Below the pieces are notes generated by a model. It was given only the letters and a program-made list of their open reading frames with translations. It was not told the origin of the DNA and did not search any database. This document shows, in pieces, positions 38,952-47,945 of a DNA stretch of 64,000 bases (positions within the stretch are counted from its first letter, which is position 1; every line of letters begins with the position of its first letter). This DNA comes from Sumerlaeia bacterium (GTDB taxonomy: Bacteria > Sumerlaeota > Sumerlaeia > SLMS01 > JAHLLQ01), in the NCBI GenBank assembly GCA_040219255.1, contig JAVJSW010000004.1:1-64000 (forward strand), given 5' to 3'. A program made the translations under genes and the position numbers.

Positions 38952-40187
38952 ATGACTCCTCGCTCGCTCTCTTCACTCTCGTTCAAGCTCCTCCTGTGCG
39001 CCCTCGTCTGCGCCCTCGTCGTCCCCGCCACGGCGGGCTACAACGCCTGGACGTCGGTCAACGTCTCGCCCGGCGTGGTCTGGAAAAACAAGGTTTACCC
39101 GTCGCTCTTCGGCGGCAAGCAAACCGTCAATGTCCTGGAAGTGGACCTCACCAACAGCGCGGTAAAGGTCCAGCCGCTCAAGGCCAGCTCGGGCTGCTCG
39201 ACCACCAGCGGCATCGCCCAGGGCTTCGGCGCCGTGGCCGCCATCAACGGCGGATTTTTCGGCAGTTGCTCGTCGGTTTCGATGATCAAGATAAACGGCA
39301 CGGTGCTCGACACGAACCCCGGCTGGAAGCCCGCCCGCGCCACGCTCGGCATCAACCAGGGCACGGACACGGCCGACATCGACTGGATCGCCTCCACCAA
39401 CTCCTGGTCCGCCGTCAACGATGCCTTGGGCGGTGGCCCGAACCTGGTCACGAACGGGTCGGTGAATGTGACGCAATCGCAGGAAGGCTTCGACTCCTCC
39501 TATGCGAACCGGAACCCCCGCACGGCGGTGGGTTTCAACAACGGCGGCAAGAAGCTCTTCCTGGTCACGATCGACGGCCGCACCAGCGCCGGCGCCGGCA
39601 TGACGCTCAGCGAACTCGCCACCTACATGACCTGGCTGGGCTGCACGGACGCCATGAACCTGGACGGCGGCGGCTCGACGACGATGTGGACTTCGGGCAA
39701 CGGCGTCGTGAACACGCCGAGCGACGGCTACCAGCGCAGTGTGGTCAGCGTCCTGGGCATCTTCAACACCGGCGGCGGCAGCAGCGAAGAGGTCATCGTG
39801 GACAACGGCACCTCGGGCTTCACGGCGTCGTCGAACTGGTGGGCGTCCAGCTCCACCTCCGGCTACTACGGCTCCAACTATCAGGTCCGCGCCACCGCCA
39901 GCACCAGCGACGCCGCCACCTGGAAAGCCAACCTGAGCGGCGGCACCTACAAGGTGTACGCGCGCTGGGCCTCCGGCAGCAACCGCGCCTCCTCCGCTCC
40001 CTATGTCGTCTATCACACGGGCGGCTCCTCCACCGTTTACAAGAACCAGCAAACGCAAGGCGGCCAGTGGGTGCTCCTGGGCACGTACAACATGGCGGCG
40101 GGCAACTCGACCCGCGTGGCGCTCTCCTGCTGGACCAGCTCCGGAACCTACGTGATCGCCGATGCGGTCCGCCTGGTGAAGCAGTAA
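38952..40187 (+). CDS. Secreted NAGPA-family phosphodiester glycosidase with C-terminal golvesin/xanthan-lyase-like domain
   Basis: Signal peptide; AINGGFF, GGPNL, PRTAVG, IDGR, AMNLDGGGS; IVDNG...YYGSNY...YKVYARW...NQQ..GGQWVLLGTY...IADAV. Confidence 0.9.
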   Translation: MTPRSLSSLSFKLLLCALVCALVVPATAGYNAWTSVNVSPGVVWKNKVYPSLFGGKQTVNVLEVDLTNSAVKVQPLKASSGCSTTSGIAQGFGAVAAINGGFFGSCSSVSMIKINGTVLDTNPGWKPARATLGINQGTDTADIDWIASTNSWSAVNDALGGGPNLVTNGSVNVTQSQEGFDSSYANRNPRTAVGFNNGGKKLFLVTIDGRTSAGAGMTLSELATYMTWLGCTDAMNLDGGGSTTMWTSGNGVVNTPSDGYQRSVVSVLGIFNTGGGSSEEVIVDNGTSGFTASSNWWASSSTSGYYGSNYQVRATASTSDAATWKANLSGGTYKVYARWASGSNRASSAPYVVYHTGGSSTVYKNQQTQGGQWVLLGTYNMAAGNSTRVALSCWTSSGTYVIADAVRLVKQ

Positions 40188-40226
40188 TCCCGACACCTCT
40201 TCCACTCTGACTGAGCACAAGGGCGG

Positions 40227-40260
40227 ACCCCACCCTCGCCACGGCGAGGGTGGGGTTTTC
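40227..40260 (+). terminator. Intrinsic terminator-like hairpin
   Basis: ACCCCACCCTCGCC/GGCGAGGGTGGGGT perfect stem followed by TTTC. Confidence 0.65.
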
Positions 40261-40385
40261 CCTGTTGGGGCGAGCGATGGCCAGTGGAGGGGACGGGTTT
40301 CTCCCTTGCGCGGCGAATGGAACCTTGCATTTTTCCCCGCCGCCCCCCATGCTGGGCGACACATGACCTGGCGAAAGGATTGCCC

Positions 40386-40673
40386 GTGGAATCGCCCTTC
40401 AACCACCCGCAACAAGTCAAAGAGAACCTGGACCTGCCGACCGTGGTGAAGTACAGCTTTGTCGGTCTCTCCTCACCCACCTACCACGCCCGGCTCGAAG
40501 GCATCCTGACCCGTATCGCCGGAGAGGACAACATCCGCGGCCGCAGCTACAAGCAGTCCTCCAAGGGCAACTACACCGCCTATCGCTTCGAGGTCTTCCA
40601 CGACACCTTCGAGGACGTGGAGGCCATCTATCGCGAGGTGGGGGCCCTGCCCGGGACGCGATTTGTGGTCTAG
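40386..40673 (+). CDS. DUF493/YbeD family protein
   Basis: P...KYSFVG, SSKGNYTAY and IYREV..LPG.RFVV; GTG start after AAAGGA. Confidence 0.8.
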   Translation: MESPFNHPQQVKENLDLPTVVKYSFVGLSSPTYHARLEGILTRIAGEDNIRGRSYKQSSKGNYTAYRFEVFHDTFEDVEAIYREVGALPGTRFVV

Positions 40674-40707
40674 CCAAGCCGAAGGCGACGCCCTGTCCTG
40701 AACGCAA

Positions 40708-40744
40708 AGAAGCCGCGGGATCGCTCCCGCGGCTTCTCGCTTTC
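40708..40744. terminator. Probable bidirectional terminator between convergent genes
   Basis: AGAAGCCGCGGGA-TCGC-TCCCGCGGCTTCT 13-bp stem. Confidence 0.75.
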
Positions 40745-40763
40745 CTGTCAGGGTCTTGGCTTG

Positions 40764-42797
40764 TTACTGCACCGGAACCAGTTTCCACTGCTGGTTTTGG
40801 CCGCTCAGGTAATCCCATTGGTGAATGTTGCCGCCGTTGGCGGTCGAAATGCCCGAGACATCCAGGGCCTTGTTGCTATGCCGGGCGCGGATCGACACGT
40901 AGCCGCTGCCCACATCCGCCAGAGCCCATTCCTGATTGCCGCCGCCGACGTAATCCCACTGCTGCACGTTCGCGCCATTGGCCGTGGAAACCGCGGAGAC
41001 ATCGAGAGATTTGCCGCTGCCGACGTTGGTGATGCGATAGTACCCGCCGCTGACCTCGACCACGTCCCACTTCTGGAAGTCGCTGCCGGTGTTCGACCAC
41101 TGCTCGACATTGGCGCCGTTGGCGGTCGATGTGTTGGCCACTTGCAGGACCTTGCCGCTGTGGCGCGCTTCGATGTAGTACACATCGGAGCCACCGCCGC
41201 CTCCGCCGCCACCGCCATTGCTGGCGATCGCGACGTTCCAGTCCTGGCCGCTGTTGTTATCCCAGCTCGAGCCGTTGTTGAACACGAAGTTCAGTTCGCT
41301 GCTCGGGTCCGGCAGGGTGATGTCCACAGAGAACGTACCGCCACCCTGGTTGCTCATCGCGACCTGCTGCACGCCGGTCCATCCGTCGAACCCATAGTAG
41401 AGGTTCACGTTTGAGGAGCCCTGAAGCGGACGGCCGTTGGACGGATACCAGACCGTGACGGTTTCGCCTTCGGTGGGGCTGGCCGGGTCCGTGGTGACGG
41501 TCGTGGGGCAGCCTTCGCAGCCCGTGCCACCGCCCCCGCCGCCGCCTCCGCCACCGCTGCCGGTGGTCCAGACGGCGTAGTTCGTCCCCGAAGCGGCCAG
41601 CGACCAATCGCCCGAGGGGGTCCAGTTGCCGGGGCCGATCTTCATCGCCGTGTTGCCGTTGACGATGGCGGCGTAAACGCTGCCGGTGGCCTGCTGGATG
41701 CTGACGGTGGACCCATCGAAAATGCCTTGGGCTTCGCGGATCGCCATCAGTTCATTGATCGCGTTGCGGTGATCCCAGAACCAGTCGTTCCAGAACACAC
41801 AGGGAATGCCCGGGTGCGTCAGGATGTAGGCGTAGCCCTCCATCGTCTTGTTCGTGGGGAAAGGCGGGGTGTACTCGCCGCCGCGGGCCTCTTCCGTGTC
41901 GTGGTTTTCGACAAAGGTCACGGCCTTCTGGGGCCAGGCGCCGATCACGCCAGTGGGCACGCCGTTGTTCGCCAGGCGCCAGTACTCGCCCCGGGTCGTC
42001 GCCAGGTAGAGATTGTTGCGGGTCGGGAAGTCGAACGCGCGCGACGCGCCCTGCGTCGAGTCAATCCAGCCGACCACCGCGCCGGTGTCGTAGTCGAAGA
42101 ACTCGCCGATGGAGATGTAGGGCGAGGACGCATCGTTGTACTCTTTCACGTAGTTGCCGGAGAAACCCTTCACCAGGTCGTAGCGCCAGCCATCGAAGCC
42201 GACGTTGCCGGCGAGCCAGGACTGCCAGTTCTTGATTTCGTTCCGCACGCTCCAGTTCGTGTGATCCAAGTCGCGGGCGGCGCCGTAGGCCTCGCCCGTA
42301 TCCCAATTGCCCGTTTCGCAGCAGTATTCATCGCCCGCCGCCACAGCGGCGTTGTTGTCGGCGAAGGACGGGTTGGTGAAGTCGGCCCAGCCGAACGTGC
42401 CGACCCGGTGGTTCACGACGATGTCCGCGACGCAGAAGATGTTCTGGCCGTGCATAGCCCCGATCGCACCTTGCAACGCACCGATGTTACCGTAGTTCGA
42501 CGTCAGGACGTACCATTCGTTGGGCAGGTAGCCAACGTTGTCGGCCGTCTTGGACGGCGGAGGGAACCAGACGATGTCGAAACCCGCGCCGCCGATGTCA
42601 CCGGCCGCTCCGGCCAGGGTGTTGTACCAGTTTTGGCCCTGATAGCCTTTCCAGGCGTTCCAGTGAAAGCCCTGCAGCATGATCTCGTCGCCCGTTTCCG
42701 CCTGAGCGGAAGTGCCGGCGAGCGGTGCGCCGGCGAGCAGCGCGCCGGACAGGAGGCCTGCGGTAAGGGTGGTGGCGAGTGTCTTCATCATGGTCAT
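40764..42797 (-). CDS. Secreted GH13 alpha-amylase with starch-binding (CBM25-like) and ricin-type lectin domains
   Basis: MLQGFHW, DIVVNH, GWRYDLVKG, IGEF and FVENHD; poly-Gly linkers; FVFNNGSSWDNN; QxW ricin repeats; AGGGAG RBS. Confidence 0.93.
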   Translation of the reverse strand: MTMMKTLATTLTAGLLSGALLAGAPLAGTSAQAETGDEIMLQGFHWNAWKGYQGQNWYNTLAGAAGDIGGAGFDIVWFPPPSKTADNVGYLPNEWYVLTSNYGNIGALQGAIGAMHGQNIFCVADIVVNHRVGTFGWADFTNPSFADNNAAVAAGDEYCCETGNWDTGEAYGAARDLDHTNWSVRNEIKNWQSWLAGNVGFDGWRYDLVKGFSGNYVKEYNDASSPYISIGEFFDYDTGAVVGWIDSTQGASRAFDFPTRNNLYLATTRGEYWRLANNGVPTGVIGAWPQKAVTFVENHDTEEARGGEYTPPFPTNKTMEGYAYILTHPGIPCVFWNDWFWDHRNAINELMAIREAQGIFDGSTVSIQQATGSVYAAIVNGNTAMKIGPGNWTPSGDWSLAASGTNYAVWTTGSGGGGGGGGGGTGCEGCPTTVTTDPASPTEGETVTVWYPSNGRPLQGSSNVNLYYGFDGWTGVQQVAMSNQGGGTFSVDITLPDPSSELNFVFNNGSSWDNNSGQDWNVAIASNGGGGGGGGGSDVYYIEARHSGKVLQVANTSTANGANVEQWSNTGSDFQKWDVVEVSGGYYRITNVGSGKSLDVSAVSTANGANVQQWDYVGGGNQEWALADVGSGYVSIRARHSNKALDVSGISTANGGNIHQWDYLSGQNQQWKLVPVQ

Positions 42798-42953
42798 ATC
42801 TCCCTGTGGTGAGTGAAGGTCGGAATGGGAAGGAAGGCCGTGAGAGTGGCCCTGGGTGAGTTTTCGATCGAGATTGAGCGACTCCGAGTTTGCAAAACCC
42901 GTTTGTAACAACCGAGCGACGCTTGTTGTCGCGTTCAAGAAAAGGCCTTACAT

Positions 42954-43110
42954 AGCGCTTTATCGTCTTGCAAGGAATTTTTCCACATTTTCGATGAAAA
43001 AATCGGACTGCCTTGAAAATCGCCAAAAACAAAAGCGCTCTGCGTCCTGGTAAAGCGCTTTCTAAGAGCGTGTGCGGAGGCAATGGCTCGTCACGCGATG
43101 AAGCGCTTCA
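42954..43110. promoter_or_regulatory. Cluster of LacI-type AGCGCT-core palindromes upstream of the amylase
   Basis: AGCGCT at 42954 and 43034; AAAGCGCTTT at 43052-43061; TGAAGCGCTTCA at 43099-43110. Confidence 0.55.
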
Positions 43111-43264
43111 GGGGTGCGGATCGTTGGAGCGAAGAAAAGGCGGACGAGGGAGCCCGATTGGACTTGCAATCCGCGCTCGTCTCGATAGGATACCTCTGCC
43201 GTGCGGAAGTGCGGCCGTTTCATCCGGTTGCCGCTCTAGCGAACGCGGCCGCCGGGCTATCTGT

Positions 43265-43654
43265 GGGGCCGTCGGGTTTCGACGGAGGCTAGCGGAGAGT
43301 GTGATGATTCGGGCCGAGGATGATCGTTGGCCTCGTAAAATAACCGGTCGAACCAATAACTGTCGCCAATGTGGTAGACATCGCTCCTCAGCCGGTGGCT
43401 CTCGCCGCCTAACTGAGGTGGGGTCCGCTGGAGACCTAGCAACAGAATTCCGGCCCTGGTTCCGCCAAGGTTAAAGCGGGAGTTCAGACACCTCGGACAG
43501 ACGGGGTGACAGATCCGGAAAGACGGGTGGACAGCCTGGAGAGACAGGCACCCATAGGCTTGCCGCCGAGCCTCTAAACTGAGCGGCTACGCCCGTGAAC
43601 GAGTTGCACTTGAAGAGTCTTCGGACGGGGGTTCAACTCCCCCCGGCTCCACCA
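43265..43654 (+). ncRNA. ssrA: tmRNA; predicted tag (A)ANVVDIAPQPVALAA* at 43365-43412
   Basis: 5' GGGGCCG...TTCGAC; 3' T-arm GGGGGTTCAACTCCCCC plus CGGCTCC-ACCA with G3:U70; internal ORF ending ALAA-TAA. Confidence 0.95.
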
Positions 43655-44162
43655 ATTTATCTCAACCCAGCGCTTCGCTCTCCCCCCTCAACCCTCTTCG
43701 GCCTCAAGGGCTCCTTCGCTTAGGCGACCGCCCCCCAACCGGGTTCAGCAAGGAAACCAGAGTTTCCAGGAGTACCGTTTCCAGGAGCACCATGCTCCGC
43801 ATTTTTTGAAGAAACCACTCTGCATGGGGAAGTTTCTCCGAAATGGCGAGCGCTTTCCAGAGCGCCATGAACCACGCATCCCAGGGAAGACTTGGCACGC
43901 CCTTCAGCATCCATCCAGAACTGGATAAACGCGCGGCTCCATCAGAATACCTCACGCTGGGCCACCGAAGAGCGATACGAGGATTTTAGGCAAGCCCTGG
44001 AAAAGCAGGTCATGGAGGTTTCATACCCCCCACTCTGTAAACTCGATGGCCGGATGTGTCGATGGGGATAGGCAGGCAGGGAACTGCCACTGGGACGGCG
44101 AGCGCGTGATCCCGGAACGCCGCGCCAACGATTTGCTGTGATTGCACTTGCGCTGGCTGGGG

Positions 44163-44196
44163 AAAAAGAAAAAGCGGCCCCCGGAGAGGCCGCTTT
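44163..44196 (-). terminator. Intrinsic terminator of tRNA-Asn
   Basis: AAAGCGGCC/GGCCGCTTT stem followed on the minus strand by TTTTTCTTTTT. Confidence 0.8.
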
Positions 44197-44212
44197 GTGC
44201 GATTTCGAGAAA

Positions 44213-44288
44213 TGGCTCCTGCGGTTGGACTCGAACCAACAACCGTTCGGTTAACAGCCGAATGCTCTACCGATTGAGCTACACAGGA
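44213..44288 (-). tRNA. tRNA-Asn(GTT)
   Basis: TCCTGTGTAGCTCAATCGGTAGAGCATTCGGCTGTTAACCGAACGGTTGTTGGTTCGAGTCCAACCGCAGGAGCCA; 76 nt, GTT anticodon, encoded CCA. Confidence 0.97.
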
Positions 44289-44403
44289 GCAGGATCTTTG
44301 TTGAGAGCGTTCCCAACGAAGGAGGAGTTGTTTGCCGCAGGTGGCGGCGGTCTGTCAAGGGGCGAATCGGTTTTTTTTTCGTCCCTGGATGAGCCTTCGC
44401 GGG

Positions 44404-46821
44404 TTAGCGCAGTTCCGCGCCGAAGCGTTTGCCGAGGGCCTCGACGCATTGTTTCACGGCGTCGTTGACCTCGTCGTCTTTGAGGGTGCGATCCGGCGCG
44501 CGGAAGGTGAGCGAGAAGGCGAGCGAGCGCTTGCCTTCGGGGACGCCCTGGCCCTCGTACACGTCGAAGAGGGCGACGGACTCGAGGAGGTCGCGGGCCG
44601 CCGAGCGAATGGTGCGTTCGATGTCCTGGGCCGCGACGGTGCGGTTGGCGACAATGGCCAGATCCCGCTTCACGGCCATCTGCGTGGGCAGGTCTTTGAA
44701 TTTGGTCTCGCCGAGGATTTCCAGCAAGTCGCCGCCGAGGGGAATCTCGAGGACGTAGACGCGCTTCTTCAGGTCGAGTTCCTTGGCGATGGCGGGGTGC
44801 AGTTCGCCCACCACGGCCAGACGCGTTTTGCCTTTGGTGAGGGCGGCGCCCCGGCCCGGGTGGAGCCACGGCACATCCTTCACCGCTTCGACGCCGGTGC
44901 GGGGAATGCCGAGGTCGGCGAGCAGCAACTCGGCCACGCCCTTGGCGTCGTAGAAATCGAAGGGGCGGTCCTTGGCGCGCCAGTCGCCGGGGGCTTCTCC
45001 GCCGAGCAGTACGCAGAGCATGTTGGGTTCGTCGGTGGCGACATCGAGGGTTTTCTTGTCCTCGCCCTCCTCGTCCCATTCGGCGGCTTTCCAGGCGTAA
45101 GTGCGGCCGATTTCGAAGAGCATGGCCGAGGGCTGGAAGTTGTTGAAGTTATGCACCGCGTTGGTCAGCAGGCTGGGCACCAGGGAGCGCCGCATGACGC
45201 CCTGATCCTGGGTCAGGGGGTTGAGGACGGCGATGCTGCGGGCGTCGCTGGCTCCGGCGAGGACGTTGGCGCCCTCGGACACGAAGGCGAAGTTCACGAC
45301 CTGGCAGAAGCCGCGGCCGATCAGGCTGGTGGTGAGGCGGTCTTCGATAACGCGGCTCGGGGGCAGGGCCTCGTTCGTCATCTGGTACTGGGGCAGCTTG
45401 GCGACGATTTTGCCGTAGCCATGGATGCGGGCAATCTCCTCGATCAGGTCCACCTCGATGGTGACGTCGGGGCGGTGCGAAGCGGCCTGGACGACGAGCT
45501 GCTCCTTGTCCACGCGGTGGATTTCAAAGCCGAGGCGCTGGAGGATATCGCTCATTTCGCGGCCCGTCAGGTTCAGCCCGGTCAGGGCGCGGAAGCGTTC
45601 AATGCGCAGCGGAATCAGTTCGAGCTTGGGCAGTTGGGCTCCGCCGACATCGATGAAACTTTGCAGGACTTGGCCGCCGGCCAGTTCCTGAATCAGTTGC
45701 GCCGCGCGGTGGAGGGCGACGGTGAGTTTGCGGGCGTCGGTACCGCGCTCGAAGCGATAGCTGGCGTCCGTGCTCTTGCCCAGGCGCTTGGCCGTCTTGC
45801 GGATCGTGGCGGGGTGGAAGTAGGCGGCCTCCAGCAGCACGTTCGTCGTGCCGTCGCTGATTTCCGTCTCGCCGCCGCCCATGATTCCGGCCAGGGCGAT
45901 GGGCTTTTCCGGGTCGGCGATCAGGAGATCGGTGGGCTCGAGAAGGGCCACGGTGTCGTCCAGGAGCCTCATCTTCTCGCCCGGCTTGGCGCGGCGCACG
46001 ACGACGGTCTTGCGGGCCAGGGTGTCGAGATCGAAGGCATGGAGCGGATGGCCCAGTTCCAGCATGACGTAGTTCGTGACGTCCACCACGTTGTTGCGGG
46101 GGCGCAGGCCGGCGGCTTCCAGGCGGCGCTGCATCCAGATGGGGCTGGGGCCGATAGTGACGCCCTTGATGACGCGGGCGCAGTAGCGCGGGCAGTCGGA
46201 TTTGGCGGCGGGTTCGACGGTGATGCGGGCTTCGCTGTCGGCGGAGGTGGTGGATTCGGGGAATTTGACTTCCGGCAGAGTCACCGGCGCGCCCGTCTTG
46301 GCCGAGAGATCGCGCGCCACGCCCACCAGCGACAGCGCGTCCGGGCGGTTCGGCGTCACGCCGATTTCGATCAACGCGTCGAAGGGCTCGCCCACTGGCA
46401 TCGTCTCCGGCAAAAGCCAGATGCCGTCCGAGTCCTCCGCAGCGCCCAATTCCTTCGCGCTGCACATCATGCCCTGGCTCGCGACGCCGCGGATGGATGT
46501 CGGCTTCAGCGTCATACCGTTGGGCAGGGTGGCCCCCAGCTTGGCCAGCGGCACGTGCTGGCCGACGGCGATGTTGCTGGCGCCACAGACGATCTGCAGC
46601 GGCTCGGGGTCGTCGCCCTGAACCTTGCAAACGGAGAGCTTGTCGGCGTCCGGGTGGCGTTTCAGTTCCAGGATTTTGCCGACCACGACCTGGCCGCTCG
46701 CGGCGCCGAGATCGATCGTTTCCTCGACCTCGAGCCCACACATGGTCAGCGCGTCGGCGATTTCCGCCAGCGAGAGGTCGGTCTTGATGTAATCGCGCAG
46801 CCAGCGCAGGTTGAATCGCAT
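44404..46821 (-). CDS. pheT: Phenylalanine--tRNA ligase beta subunit
   Basis: HPDADKL, IVCGA.N, GMMCS..ELG, TPNRPD, DASYRFERG, RDLA and DRTL.D.EV. Confidence 0.97.
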   Translation of the reverse strand: MRFNLRWLRDYIKTDLSLAEIADALTMCGLEVEETIDLGAASGQVVVGKILELKRHPDADKLSVCKVQGDDPEPLQIVCGASNIAVGQHVPLAKLGATLPNGMTLKPTSIRGVASQGMMCSAKELGAAEDSDGIWLLPETMPVGEPFDALIEIGVTPNRPDALSLVGVARDLSAKTGAPVTLPEVKFPESTTSADSEARITVEPAAKSDCPRYCARVIKGVTIGPSPIWMQRRLEAAGLRPRNNVVDVTNYVMLELGHPLHAFDLDTLARKTVVVRRAKPGEKMRLLDDTVALLEPTDLLIADPEKPIALAGIMGGGETEISDGTTNVLLEAAYFHPATIRKTAKRLGKSTDASYRFERGTDARKLTVALHRAAQLIQELAGGQVLQSFIDVGGAQLPKLELIPLRIERFRALTGLNLTGREMSDILQRLGFEIHRVDKEQLVVQAASHRPDVTIEVDLIEEIARIHGYGKIVAKLPQYQMTNEALPPSRVIEDRLTTSLIGRGFCQVVNFAFVSEGANVLAGASDARSIAVLNPLTQDQGVMRRSLVPSLLTNAVHNFNNFQPSAMLFEIGRTYAWKAAEWDEEGEDKKTLDVATDEPNMLCVLLGGEAPGDWRAKDRPFDFYDAKGVAELLLADLGIPRTGVEAVKDVPWLHPGRGAALTKGKTRLAVVGELHPAIAKELDLKKRVYVLEIPLGGDLLEILGETKFKDLPTQMAVKRDLAIVANRTVAAQDIERTIRSAARDLLESVALFDVYEGQGVPEGKRSLAFSLTFRAPDRTLKDDEVNDAVKQCVEALGKRFGAELR

Positions 46822-46847
46822 AGTCGTTTCTCGAAATCGCTCCTGGA

Positions 46848-47534
46848 TCAGGGCAGGGTGGAGATTTTCACTCTTTGATCGTCAGCGGTATCCATATCGC
46901 CGTCCTTGCCGGCCTCGACAAGATAGAATGTGGTCTCGTCAACACGCTCATAGACAGGGAAATATGCACTGTATGATATTACATCTCTAATCATGCGGTT
47001 GCCTTCCTCGTTGGAGGGGAGCGGATTCGTCGCGTCGAAACCATGCATATCGACGAAATCTAGGCCGAGTTCCACAAGACCTTCGCGAATGTAATCAGGC
47101 AATTCATCTTTGTAAATGGAGGCATTGTGACCCCCATCACGAAGTGCTTCCAATTCAGCGTCGCTGAGATAAGACTCCTGAATAGCCGAATCGAGGTGCT
47201 TTCTCCCAGTATAACCCTCATAGAATCCGAGGGAAATCGGAATGATCATTAGCAAGAACAAAAAAATTCCAATAATTCCCAAAACCAGTCCGGCGATTGC
47301 AAGTCCCTTGTTGGGTTTTCTTAGTCCGAAACAGCTGACTATAATCGCGATCGGCGAAATCAACCCAGCGCAAATTACGATGCTCACTAGAGATAAAATA
47401 AGACCCACCAACCCAGGCACATTCATCTCTACCTGAGGAGGCTTGGTGTAGGCATAAGGCTGTTGTGGATAGGGGGAATTCGGCGCCTGGTATCTTGGCG
47501 CGTTTGGCCCTTCGGCAGGATCCGGTTGCGTCAT
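46848..47534 (-). CDS. DUF4190-type membrane protein with GspG-like C-terminal motif (AT-rich)
   Basis: Pro/Tyr/Gln-rich N-terminus; GLILSL...C...GL....KGLAIAGLVLGIIG; FYLVEAGKDGDMDTADD. Confidence 0.7.
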   Translation of the reverse strand: MTQPDPAEGPNAPRYQAPNSPYPQQPYAYTKPPQVEMNVPGLVGLILSLVSIVICAGLISPIAIIVSCFGLRKPNKGLAIAGLVLGIIGIFLFLLMIIPISLGFYEGYTGRKHLDSAIQESYLSDAELEALRDGGHNASIYKDELPDYIREGLVELGLDFVDMHGFDATNPLPSNEEGNRMIRDVISYSAYFPVYERVDETTFYLVEAGKDGDMDTADDQRVKISTLP

Positions 47535-47914
47535 CTATTCTTCCCAAACGGCAACTGCTGGATCTTGTTCTTCGCGTCATCCAGGCCTTCCTGCTTCATC
47601 TCCTGATCGCCTTCGTCAAGGTACTCCTCGACGTCGTACTCGTTGCGGTCGCCGAAGGTGTAGTCGTCTTCGATGGCTTGCGCTTCCGCGTCTTCGGCGA
47701 CAGAGGCGCGGGGTGGCGGGCGGCGGGGGGCCGATTCTTCGAATTCGCCGTCCTCCATGCCTTGAACGGAGAAGGAGCCTTCGGGAGCACCGGCGCTTTG
47801 CTGCATGGTTTCGAGGGAGCGGGCTGGCGCGGGCTGGGCCGTCAGGAGGCGGAAACCGGCCACGCCGAACAGGACGACGTTCACGAACACCAGAATGAGG
47901 CAGAGGATCTTCAT
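47531..47914 (-). CDS. Hypothetical exported/membrane-anchored acidic protein
   Basis: N-terminal hydrophobic helix and acidic body; overlaps the next gene's start. Confidence 0.65.
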   Translation of the reverse strand: MKILCLILVFVNVVLFGVAGFRLLTAQPAPARSLETMQQSAGAPEGSFSVQGMEDGEFEESAPRRPPPRASVAEDAEAQAIEDDYTFGDRNEYDVEEYLDEGDQEMKQEGLDDAKNKIQQLPFGKNR

Positions 47915-47945
47915 GCGGAGGGGCCCCTTTTCGCAGGCGCGGAGT

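Noticed and set aside
41180-41570. GCC/CCG-rich low-complexity runs in the amylase
   Set aside because: They encode poly-Gly interdomain linkers, not a repeat element
43479-43489. GGAGTTCAGAC, matching part of the Illumina adapter, inside tmRNA
   Set aside because: Only 11 nt, flanks diverge, and it lies within an intact tmRNA; probably chance
43704-43955. 83-aa minus-strand ORF downstream of tmRNA
   Set aside because: No motif, RBS or host-like codon bias; the region looks like decayed sequence
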